From the NCBI GenBank assembly GCA_964383805.1, contig CAYLIM010000006.1, positions 158 through 64,157 of the forward strand: a DNA stretch of 64,000 nt. The letters run 5' to 3'. A program made the translations under genes and the position numbers. Source of the DNA: an uncultured Acetatifactor sp. GTDB taxonomy: Bacteria > Bacillota > Clostridia > Lachnospirales > Lachnospiraceae. Shown piece after piece: positions 27,809 to 36,308 of the stretch (its first letter is position 1; every line of letters begins with the position of its first letter). The notes beneath the pieces are model-generated. The model saw nothing but the letters and a program-made list of their open reading frames with translations. It did not search any database and was not told where the DNA came from.

Positions 27809-28972
27809 CTACAGCTTACAGGGACCGTCTCCGATTTCTACCACATAGAAGTCAGCCGCATAGCCAATCTTATCCTGATAGGCCGCGCCCACCCGTGCAA
27901 TAAAATCGTCAATGGCCTCCTCCTTTACAATGCTCACCGTACACCCGCCAAAGCCTGCGCCGGTCATGCGGGAGCCGATTACTCCCTCCACCTTCCAGGC
28001 TTCCTCCACCAGAGTGTCCAGTTCCACGCCGGTCACCTCATAGTCATCCCGCAGAGACACATGGGAGGCGTTCATCAGCTGCCCAAACGCCGTCACATCA
28101 TTGTTCTGCAACGCCTGCACAGCCTGGATGGTCCGCCGGTTCTCATAAACCGCATGCTTGGCTCTCCTCTGGCGTACCTCGCTGCCTATGCTGTCTCTGT
28201 GCTGCTCAAATTCTTCCTCTGTCAGTTCTCCCAGAGAACTGATATGACAAACCTTTTGCAGCTCCGCCAGAGCCTTCTCGCACTCGCTGCGTCTCTCGTT
28301 GTACTTAGAATCCCCCAACCCTCTCTTTTTGTTGCTGCAGGCAATGACGATCTTGGCGTTTTCCAGCTGAATGGGCGCATACTCATAGGACAGGTCCGCC
28401 GTATCCAGAAAAATGGCATGCCCCTTTTTCCCCATAGCGATCGCAAACTGGTCCATAATGCCACAGTTCACCCCGTTAAAATGATTCTCAGAATATTGAC
28501 CTATCAACGCCAGTTCCTGATTGGACACGTCAAAGCCGAACAAATCCCGCAGAATAAATCCGGTGAGTACCTCCACCGAGGCGGAGGAGGATAGGCCGGA
28601 GCCGTTGGGGATATTGCCGCTGAGCAGAATATCCAGGCCTGTGGGTATCTCCATGCCCTTTTCTCCAAAGGCCCAAATTATGCCCTTGGGATAGTTAGTC
28701 CAATCCGCCCAGGGATCAGGACTTATGTTGTTCAGAGAGGACTCCAGCACCCCTATCCGTTCAAAATTCATGGAGTAAAAGCGCAGTTTCCGATCCTGAC
28801 GCTTTCTGGCCACCCCGTAGGTTCCGATGGTCAGCGCGCATGGAAACACATGTCCGCCGTTGTAGTCCGTATGCTCACCGATCATATTCACCCGGCCCGG
28901 CGCAAAATATACCTGCGCGCCCTCCGTGTCACCATATATCTCTGCAAACTTCTGCAGTACAATATCTTTCAT
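27809..28972 (-). CDS. galK: galactokinase
   Basis: APGRVNMIGEHTDYNGG, GSGLSSSAS, CGIMDQ, RMTGAGFGGC. Confidence 0.95.
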   Translation of the reverse strand: MKDIVLQKFAEIYGDTEGAQVYFAPGRVNMIGEHTDYNGGHVFPCALTIGTYGVARKRQDRKLRFYSMNFERIGVLESSLNNISPDPWADWTNYPKGIIWAFGEKGMEIPTGLDILLSGNIPNGSGLSSSASVEVLTGFILRDLFGFDVSNQELALIGQYSENHFNGVNCGIMDQFAIAMGKKGHAIFLDTADLSYEYAPIQLENAKIVIACSNKKRGLGDSKYNERRSECEKALAELQKVCHISSLGELTEEEFEQHRDSIGSEVRQRRAKHAVYENRRTIQAVQALQNNDVTAFGQLMNASHVSLRDDYEVTGVELDTLVEEAWKVEGVIGSRMTGAGFGGCTVSIVKEEAIDDFIARVGAAYQDKIGYAADFYVVEIGDGPCKL

Positions 28973-28986
28973 TTTGCTCTGCCTCC

Positions 28987-30123
28987 TTATACGATATACT
29001 CCTTTGCGTCCAGATCCGCCTGTGCCCGCTCCAGATCCTCCCGAATATGAAGGTGCTGAGGACATGCCTGCTCACATTTTCCGCATTTGATACAGTTTTT
29101 CGGTTGCTGTGCCTCACCCATATCCTCCTCCCAGTGGCGCTTGACCGCATTGTAATTCTGGTACATGTGATAGCGGTTCCAACAGCCAAAGGAGGCGGGA
29201 ATATTCACGCCCGCGGGACAGGGCATACAGTACCGGCAGCCTGTACAGCCGTTCTGAATCCGGCTGTTCATCAGCTCCACCACTTCCCGTATTGTGGCCT
29301 GCTCCTCCTCGGACAGGGGCTTAAAATCACTAAAGGTCTTCAGATTATCCTCCACCTGCTCCATGCTGCTCATACCGCTGAGTATCACCTTTACATTGGG
29401 CAGCGAACCCACCCAGCGCAGAGCAAATGAGGCCATGCTGGCCTGGGGATCAAGGGTGTGGAATTTCTCCGTGATATCCGACGCGAAGGCCGCCAGGGAC
29501 CCGCCCTTCACAGGCTCCATGATCACCAGGGGCACACCCATTTTTTCCGCAAGAGCATAACCCTTCAAACCCGCCTGATACTCCGTGTCCATATAGTTCA
29601 GCTGAATCTGGCAGAAATCCCAGTACCGATAGGACAGTATCTCTTCAAAGGTCTCATAGCTGTCATGGAAGGAAAAACCAAGATAGCGAATTTTGCCCTC
29701 GGCCTTCAGCTGTTCCAGACGCTCCACAACACCCAGCTTTCGCATCTCTCTCCAGTTGCCACTCTTCATGCCATGCATCAGATAGAAATCAATGTAATCC
29801 GTCTGTAGATTCTCCAGCTGTCGGTTAAAAATTCTGTCCACGTCCGCCAGAGACTTCACCTCCCAGCCGGGCAGCTTGGTAGCCAGATAAAAGCTGTCCC
29901 GGGGATGCCCTTTTAACGCCTCCCCCACAAACAGCTCGCTCTCTCCGCCGTGATAAGGCCATGCAGTGTCAAAATAGTTCACCCCTGCCGCCAGCGCTTT
30001 CTCCAGCATGGCTTTGGCCCGCTCCCGGTCAATCTTGCCGTCCCCACCCGTGGGGAAACGCATGCAGCCAAACCCCAGCAGGGAAGTTTCAATACCCAGT
30101 TTCTCCATTTTTCTCTTTTCCAT
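28987..30123 (-). CDS. aldo/keto reductase with C-terminal 4Fe-4S dicluster
   Basis: LGFGCMRFP, YFDTAWPY, ATK, IDFYLMH, CTGCRYCMPCP, CIKCGKCEQACP. Confidence 0.9.
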   Translation of the reverse strand: MEKRKMEKLGIETSLLGFGCMRFPTGGDGKIDRERAKAMLEKALAAGVNYFDTAWPYHGGESELFVGEALKGHPRDSFYLATKLPGWEVKSLADVDRIFNRQLENLQTDYIDFYLMHGMKSGNWREMRKLGVVERLEQLKAEGKIRYLGFSFHDSYETFEEILSYRYWDFCQIQLNYMDTEYQAGLKGYALAEKMGVPLVIMEPVKGGSLAAFASDITEKFHTLDPQASMASFALRWVGSLPNVKVILSGMSSMEQVEDNLKTFSDFKPLSEEEQATIREVVELMNSRIQNGCTGCRYCMPCPAGVNIPASFGCWNRYHMYQNYNAVKRHWEEDMGEAQQPKNCIKCGKCEQACPQHLHIREDLERAQADLDAKEYIV

Positions 30124-30128
30124 ATTTT

Positions 30129-30257
30129 CCTCCTATTAAGAGTTCCGCATATCCCCTGCTACCGCACAGGACTGGTGAACAACATATGTCCACTTGGGTG
30201 TCCATATGTTGTTCAGTGCGCTCTTTGGGGATATGCTGTTTAAGAGTTCCGCATATC
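30129..30257. repeat. hairpin intergenic repeat family 1, copy C
   Basis: Stems GCATATCCCC / GGGGATATGC and TGAACAACATATG / CATATGTTGTTCA, bounded by the 18-bp direct repeat TTAAGAGTTCCGCATATC (30136, 30240). Confidence 0.8.
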
Positions 30258-30308
30258 TTGCACAACTGTATGAGTACTTACTGTATAGATTTAATTCTGC
30301 TGCCTGTT

Positions 30309-31481
30309 TCAGGGCACCAGTGTTCCGTCCTCCGCAAAAACTACTCCATAGTCTGCGCTGTAGGCATTGATTCTCCCGATAATCCGCGCCGCCTCATCAT
30401 CCCGGACAGGAGTAGGCTGAAAATTGTTCCGATCCCGCACGGAGCTGACCGAGCAGGGGATAATCTGTATCTGCCGGTCCTGCTGCTTAACCCCGTCCAC
30501 AAATGTGAATGTCTGCTGGAAAATCAAGGTATCCTTGTCCACCGGATTCCGGTTGGCCCCAAAGCAGAAATTAGCCAGGCTGTAGATGATAAATTTCCCG
30601 TTGTACTCCTCTATACCCTGGAGTACATGGGGGTGGTGTCCAATAACCAGGTCCGCTCCCAGGTCAATACATTTACGACCCAGATACTGTTGATTTTCCG
30701 TGGGATAATTCTCCCTCTCAATGCCCCAGTGACAACAGGCCAGAATCAAGTCCACACCCTCCGCCTGAAGCTTTCCGATGCCTTCTGCCAGCAGCTGTTC
30801 GCTGCCCAGTCCCCAGGCGACCTCGTTGACAGAGACAAGACCGATACGGATTCCCTTTTCCGTCTCATAGATCGTTACATTGCGGTCGTAGGCATAAAAA
30901 ATTCCCTCCGCCTCCAGCGCCGCGACTGTATCATCGCTCCCCCGGGTGCCATAGTCCAGCCTGTGATTGTTGGCAAAGCTGACGGCCTCCACGTCTCCCG
31001 CAGTCAGCAGCCGGGCATACTCAGGGTCTCCCTTGATGTTGTATGTCCTACTCTCATCCCGCTCCTCGCTGAAGGTCAGCACCCCCTCGAAATTAACAAC
31101 AGTCATATCGTCGCTTTCAAAAATGTCCCGCACATTCGCGAAGAAATAGCCTTCATCCTCAGCCTGGTCAAAGGCTTGCCGAAAAGAGTATGCGTACTCC
31201 TGATCCTGGTGATTTCCCAGAGAACAGTCGCCCGCCGCCGAAATGGTGATTGTCAGCACATTCTCCTCCGGTTCCGGCAGCTCCTCCGAATCCGTCTCAG
31301 CTGTCTCTTCCTCGCTGCTCTCCGCCACCGGCGTGGGACTGGGAATGGGTATCCCAACAATCCCCCGCTCTCCGACAGCCAAGCTGGGCAGGGGTTCGTT
31401 TTCCGTTGACTCATTGCCGCAGGCAGCCAGCATAAGCACCCACAGAACATTTATGCCAATCCACAAAACTACCCTTTTCAC
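30309..31481 (-). CDS. CapA-family metallophosphatase lipoprotein
   Basis: Lipobox LAAC, AGD, NFEG, ANNHRLDYG, HWG, GHHPHV, YSLANF. Confidence 0.88.
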   Translation of the reverse strand: MKRVVLWIGINVLWVLMLAACGNESTENEPLPSLAVGERGIVGIPIPSPTPVAESSEEETAETDSEELPEPEENVLTITISAAGDCSLGNHQDQEYAYSFRQAFDQAEDEGYFFANVRDIFESDDMTVVNFEGVLTFSEERDESRTYNIKGDPEYARLLTAGDVEAVSFANNHRLDYGTRGSDDTVAALEAEGIFYAYDRNVTIYETEKGIRIGLVSVNEVAWGLGSEQLLAEGIGKLQAEGVDLILACCHWGIERENYPTENQQYLGRKCIDLGADLVIGHHPHVLQGIEEYNGKFIIYSLANFCFGANRNPVDKDTLIFQQTFTFVDGVKQQDRQIQIIPCSVSSVRDRNNFQPTPVRDDEAARIIGRINAYSADYGVVFAEDGTLVP

Positions 31482-31613
31482 TGCATTGCTTCTCCTTGCA
31501 TCTCCATATAGGTTTCACGCATAATTATCTTACCATAAACGGCCTTAAATGTCATTCTCTTCTTTTAATTCTTTTATGCCGGTTTTCTGTAGCTGCGATT
31601 GAAATAATTATTC

Positions 31614-31709
31614 TTGACAATACGGCGCTATGCACATATACTGGCGATAAGAGGATAGAGAAAACAGGAGATTCACATCTGTGGATGTTGAATCTGTGTT
31701 TTCTCTTTT
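31614..31709 (+). promoter_or_regulatory. sigmaA promoter followed by a terminator-like hairpin (candidate sRNA/attenuator)
   Basis: TTGACA-N17-TATACT (31614-31642), then AGAGAAAACA..AGATTCACATC / GATGTTGAATCT.TGTTTTCTCT + TTT. Confidence 0.5.
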
Positions 31710-31852
31710 ATATTTTTAAAGTATTAGATAGGAGCATTATATGTCGAAGAACACACTTTTACTTCCCAAAAGCTATGGGATGAAATTCGGAGTGACGGCT
31801 AAAGACCGTTTCAAGTATAGATAAAATAAGAAACTTAATTAATTCCTAATCA

Positions 31853-32992
31853 TCAAAGCCCAGCAATCATATCGGGTAATTCGTCATAAGTACTCCAAAT
31901 CGGTATAATCCCTTGATTATTCCAATAACTATACTGCGCATATAACCTGTTAATTAATTGTATATTTATGTATAGGTATCGCTCTTCATGCAACTTTGCC
32001 AAATCACTTCCACATATTCTTTTGATCAAGTCGTTAATGCAGATAAAAATGTAATGCTTATTTGGTGTTTCCTTTTGTTTAGAACCAATATTTTTGATAA
32101 TTCTCCTAAAATTATAATCATCTCCAGAAAAACCCATAAAAACACAGCTTGTTTCAACTAATGCATTCGCTTGGACAGAATTCTCCCATCTATAAGCCTC
32201 TCGCTCTAATTCGTAATAACTATCTTCTGTCAGTACAATTTCCTCTGACTCTTTCCCGAGCTTTGAGTTGACTATTTTTAATGCACCATGGGGGTGATTA
32301 ATGTGTATTTTTTTGTTTGTGTCATGTTTCTCTAAATCGCAGTCGCATACAACAGATACTTCTTTTTCGGTCAATCCTGCCATTTCGCAGAGGCAGAACT
32401 CCGCTATATCGTCGTAGTTGTACGTTATGATCGTTCCTCTCTTTCTTTTTTTCAACAGCTTGGCTAGTTTGCCAACAGCCTGGTTAGCCAGGCAAGCTTT
32501 TAAATCCTCACTTTCCTTATCGATGCTCAAAGAATTCCTAACCAACTCTTTTAATATCTGTTTCTGTAATTTTTTCTTCTCTTCCGCGCCAAGATCACCG
32601 CTAATCAAATTCTCGATGTAATTCCACATATACTCTGCAGACTCTAATACATTTATTCCCGAAAATATGTTGTCGTCCTTTCCCATATAAGCATTTTTTA
32701 TTTTCTCCCGGAATTTTCTATGGTTTGTAATTTGATTCAATTTATCCTGACGAGCCTTCACAAAAGCTTTTTCATCTTCATCGGCTCTTGTATTAGCGCC
32801 AGGATCTATTTCCGATAATCTCGCCCACATTTTTGCCAGTAAAGTGTTCCAACCAGGCAACCCTGCCGGCACACTGACACCCGCACCTAATATCCAAGTT
32901 ACCTTATCTTCACTCACTTTTTCTTTTAATGCCTGATAGTTCCTTTCGTTGAGACTTAGGATATTCTTATCAAGTACATCCTTTAGCTGCAT
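31853..32992 (-). CDS. stand-alone SIR2-like (SIR2_2) protein, putative NADase effector
   Basis: ILGAGVSVPAGLPGW, IITYNYDD, HPHG, IVLTEDSY, FMGFSGDDYNF. ATG lies 7 nt after the stop of the upstream gene. Confidence 0.88.
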   Translation of the reverse strand: MQLKDVLDKNILSLNERNYQALKEKVSEDKVTWILGAGVSVPAGLPGWNTLLAKMWARLSEIDPGANTRADEDEKAFVKARQDKLNQITNHRKFREKIKNAYMGKDDNIFSGINVLESAEYMWNYIENLISGDLGAEEKKKLQKQILKELVRNSLSIDKESEDLKACLANQAVGKLAKLLKKRKRGTIITYNYDDIAEFCLCEMAGLTEKEVSVVCDCDLEKHDTNKKIHINHPHGALKIVNSKLGKESEEIVLTEDSYYELEREAYRWENSVQANALVETSCVFMGFSGDDYNFRRIIKNIGSKQKETPNKHYIFICINDLIKRICGSDLAKLHEERYLYINIQLINRLYAQYSYWNNQGIIPIWSTYDELPDMIAGL

Positions 32993-32999
32993 GTTATTC

Positions 33000-35852
33000 T
33001 CAATCCTTTCCCTCTTTCGCAATATCTTGCCAGGCTCCTGTTACTTTCTTAAGCAATTGATATGTATCCTTTACAGAATTCATATTCGTCAAATGACTGG
33101 CTTCTTCAACATCCTTAAAGCATTTTCCTTTATAAAAGTCCAGGCAATTTTGAAGATATTCTTCCACATGCTTTATTCCCACATAATGATGTTTCTCTGT
33201 TCCCTCATATTCTACCAGTAACTTATCAAGCCAATCACACACGCGCTCCATGTAATCATCGCCGTGTCTCTGATATTTAAAACCATTCTGTTCCCAGTGT
33301 TGCACTTTGCCTTCTATCTTCCGGCGAACCGATTTCCCCAGTTTTCCCTGTATTCCATAGCACACCTTTAACTCTATTGCAATGCGGAACGTATCGGGAA
33401 AGGCTTTTTCGCAAATCCAGGTCTCGTATAAAAAACACAGTATGAAATCTTCTACCGGCAATTTCAAAATTTCTGCCGCCATACAATCAGCAAAGCATTC
33501 CTTGAACAGATCCTGCAAATTCCCAATAACTTCTTCCATAGTCATTAATACCTCTGACTCTATATTTACAAGACCTGTTTCAAAGGAATTACCATCTGTA
33601 TAATACCCCAAAATTGCCCGAATCAGCTGTTCCTCTTCTCTGTCAAACTCGTTATTTTTCTCTTGTACCAATTTATATGTCGAAGACTCTTTCCATATAT
33701 TCGCTTCAGAAAAAGGTACTGACTTCCCCTTCAAAAAGGACACCAGATCTTCCGCCACTTCTACCTGGCAACACAAATATTTGTGATATGTATCACGCAA
33801 AAAAGAGTCTTCGTCCTCCAATTCGCCAGAGTTCCAAATAATGTTCTTTAAATATTCTGCCGCTGTCGGATATAAATTTCTGCCGTAGAGTGTTTCCTTG
33901 CTAAGTTTATCAAACTCACTTCGCATCCTCTGCAAAAGATCCAATTCTAAATTATGCTGGAACTCACCAATTCGCTTTGTTACAATCTGCCGACATTGCT
34001 CTTCTATCTTTTCTCCGTCTTTAACTGAAAAACGTATTTTTAAGGATTTTAAAATATCTTTTTCCAGATTTTCTATAAGGCTGTCACCTAATCCATTACT
34101 AATAATCACGGCACTATTTGCAGAAAGACTCTTCAAAAAAGCGGTCTGTCGATCCGCTCTCTTTCTCTCGCCGCAAAAATGATAACACTCATGAAGAAGT
34201 CGGAACATTGTTCCGCGGAAGTCATAAAGGCTCATTTCCGGCACGGATATGATAATCAATGAACATTCCACCTCATCCGCTGGGTCCAAATAGGAAAAAA
34301 GATCATATGCAGTTGTCACATCACAGCCACCACTTGTCACAACAAAAGTGAACCGGGGTTTTTGTTCGCTTTCTTCTGTCTCTACCAAACTTGCTGCCAT
34401 ATCATTTATATAATGATTGTAGAAAAACAACAGTTTTGTAGCAGAACCAATAGATGGATGAGAAAGAGATTCTCCCTCAATAAACAATCTGTCGGAGCGC
34501 CGCAGGTCTGCCAAATAATCTTCTATTTTTTCTCTAAATATTTTCAACGCGTCCATCATTTGCTCAGAATACCAGCACGACTCTTCCGCGTCCTCCAAAT
34601 CACTGATTATCTCTATTGTCTTTTTCACATTAGCGCTCATCGCCTTAAAAGCGTCGCCAATTACTTCCTTTATATCAAAGCAGTGCGAAAACTGTACCAA
34701 ACCCAGATAAGCTTTCATCACAGTCTGTAAACCATTTATTCCACGTATAGGAATATCAGATTCCTTCACAAACTTCTTTAGTATATCAATAATATCCTGA
34801 AATTCCTGCTGGTATTCTCTGTAAATCCTACTTGTATCACTTTCAAGAGGATGGAAGTCCTCTTCCGCATCGATCCCCACTCGCACCGAGGAGCGTGTAT
34901 GTTGAATATACTTCTCAAATAGTTCATGCTCGGGGTTCAGTAGGTTTCCATCATAAAATAGCGGCACAAAAAAATCAAAAGGCATGTCTGATAGTATCAA
35001 GCAGTCCGAATTACCAAATACTTGATATAACTTCGTAGATTGTTCTTCTTTTTGGATTTCTCTAATTTTAAAAACTTTGTCCAATTCTTTGTCAAAATAG
35101 CTCTTAAATTGAGACGCGGAAACACCGTCCCGCAAATTTACTCTGAGAGACAGTTTTACTTTATCCAACTCTGGTAAATTGTGTAAATTGTTCAAGCCCT
35201 CCCTGGCAAAACCAGAGATCGCATAACTGTTGGATAACATGGCATAGGATTTACCCTCGACAACAATCCGTTCTTTTCTTAAATAATCCAATATAGTTAT
35301 AACCTTTTTCAGATTATCGCTTAAAAACAGTAAAACAAAATCGGCATATCCTACTGACGGCATTATTGCGCAGTGAATATCACTCAAATTACCCCCTGTT
35401 TCTTTTGCCGCTCGTGCAATTACGGATTGCATTGTTTCAATCAGATTATCCTGTATCTTTACACACTTTTCCGACAAATTAATCATCGCAACAGAGATAA
35501 AGGGAGACCTCTCCAATATATTATTGCATTCTTTTGAATCGTTATTATGACATCCCAATTTATACCAGACATCATATGCAAAGCCCTTATGTTCCAATTT
35601 TTGACAGCACTGCACATCAGGGAAATAAAGTTTTAAAGTATATTTATCCCCAAAATTATCTCCTATATCAACATTTCCACCAATATCAGCCACTCCTTTA
35701 GGTCTCAACTGATACCACTGATCGGTGCAGACAATATCCATACCATCATAATGGCCAAACATAAGATACCGATAGGTTTTCGTGTCATCCTGATTGATAC
35801 ACACCATACGTTTTTTTAGAGTAATCATCATCCCGTTAAATTTCTTATCCAT
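33000..35852 (-). CDS. 950-aa cytoplasmic hypothetical protein with HExxH...ExxAD zinc-metallopeptidase-like motif
   Basis: LLHECYHF and a downstream FKECFADC. N-terminal repeated FGHYD / VGYAD / FGNSD turns. No signal peptide or TM segment. Start MDKKFN follows GAAGGGG. Confidence 0.8.
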   Translation of the reverse strand: MDKKFNGMMITLKKRMVCINQDDTKTYRYLMFGHYDGMDIVCTDQWYQLRPKGVADIGGNVDIGDNFGDKYTLKLYFPDVQCCQKLEHKGFAYDVWYKLGCHNNDSKECNNILERSPFISVAMINLSEKCVKIQDNLIETMQSVIARAAKETGGNLSDIHCAIMPSVGYADFVLLFLSDNLKKVITILDYLRKERIVVEGKSYAMLSNSYAISGFAREGLNNLHNLPELDKVKLSLRVNLRDGVSASQFKSYFDKELDKVFKIREIQKEEQSTKLYQVFGNSDCLILSDMPFDFFVPLFYDGNLLNPEHELFEKYIQHTRSSVRVGIDAEEDFHPLESDTSRIYREYQQEFQDIIDILKKFVKESDIPIRGINGLQTVMKAYLGLVQFSHCFDIKEVIGDAFKAMSANVKKTIEIISDLEDAEESCWYSEQMMDALKIFREKIEDYLADLRRSDRLFIEGESLSHPSIGSATKLLFFYNHYINDMAASLVETEESEQKPRFTFVVTSGGCDVTTAYDLFSYLDPADEVECSLIIISVPEMSLYDFRGTMFRLLHECYHFCGERKRADRQTAFLKSLSANSAVIISNGLGDSLIENLEKDILKSLKIRFSVKDGEKIEEQCRQIVTKRIGEFQHNLELDLLQRMRSEFDKLSKETLYGRNLYPTAAEYLKNIIWNSGELEDEDSFLRDTYHKYLCCQVEVAEDLVSFLKGKSVPFSEANIWKESSTYKLVQEKNNEFDREEEQLIRAILGYYTDGNSFETGLVNIESEVLMTMEEVIGNLQDLFKECFADCMAAEILKLPVEDFILCFLYETWICEKAFPDTFRIAIELKVCYGIQGKLGKSVRRKIEGKVQHWEQNGFKYQRHGDDYMERVCDWLDKLLVEYEGTEKHHYVGIKHVEEYLQNCLDFYKGKCFKDVEEASHLTNMNSVKDTYQLLKKVTGAWQDIAKEGKD

Positions 35853-35891
35853 ATCGCTGTATATCCCCTTCTTTTTCACATTCGTAATCAT

Positions 35892-35932
35892 AACAAAAAC
35901 CCTGTAAATAGAGAATCCTCTACTATACAGGG
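35892..35932 (-). terminator. internal intrinsic terminator between the peptide gene and the 950-aa gene
   Basis: Minus strand CCCTGTA-TAG-TAGAG GATT CTCTA-TT-TACAGGG followed by TTTTTGTT. Confidence 0.7.
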
Positions 35933-35957
35933 CCAATATTAATCATGTAAGCCGTTT

Positions 35958-36119
35958 TTAAATCCCGCGACTGGACGGACTGAATATCTTGGCCTTGCCT
36001 GCGTAGCCTCCAGTAGTCGGCATCTTCTTCTTGCCTGTTGAGAGCAGATTACTGGTTACTCCTGCCGGGACTTTTCTTTTTGTTGTCTGTGTATTTTTTA
36101 CCGTAGAATTTGTTTTCAT
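35958..36119 (-). CDS. 53-aa Lys/Thr/Ser-rich peptide (not in the ORF track)
   Basis: MKTNSTVKNTQTTKRKVPAGVTSNLLSTGKKKMPTTGGYAGKAKIFSPSSRGI. AAAGGA RBS upstream; bracketed by a promoter and a terminator. Confidence 0.72.
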   Translation of the reverse strand: MKTNSTVKNTQTTKRKVPAGVTSNLLSTGKKKMPTTGGYAGKAKIFSPSSRGI

Positions 36120-36154
36120 ATTTATTATTGTCCTTTATATTTTTATATTATGTA

Positions 36155-36183
36155 ATTTTAGCAAATAATCGCATAAAATGCAA
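36155..36183 (-). promoter_or_regulatory. sigmaA promoter of the peptide-HExxH-SIR2 cassette
   Basis: TTGCAT-N17-TAAAAT with extended TGn on the minus strand, about 35 nt upstream of the peptide ATG. Confidence 0.6.
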
Positions 36184-36257
36184 CCACTTTTTGGATTTTA
36201 CTAATAAAATTTTGATTATCTATAGTTGTCAGCTTTTCATATATGTGTGTGTAAAAT

Positions 36258-36295
36258 AAAATCCGATGTTTTCCGATTGGAAAACATCGGATTTT
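36258..36295. terminator. strong terminator ending the pilus operon
   Basis: Perfect inverted repeat AAAATCCGATGTTTTCC-GATT-GGAAAACATCGGATTTT. Confidence 0.85.
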
Positions 36296-36308
36296 TCTCA
36301 TTATGTAG

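Noticed and set aside
30309-31481. Poly-gamma-glutamate capsule locus
   Set aside because: Isolated CapA-family lipoprotein without capB/capC.
31853-35852. Thoeris, SIR2-HerA, DSR or Avs assignment
   Set aside because: The partner has no TIR, Walker A/HerA or STAND motif, and the SIR2 lacks a Macro/SLOG or long DSR tail.
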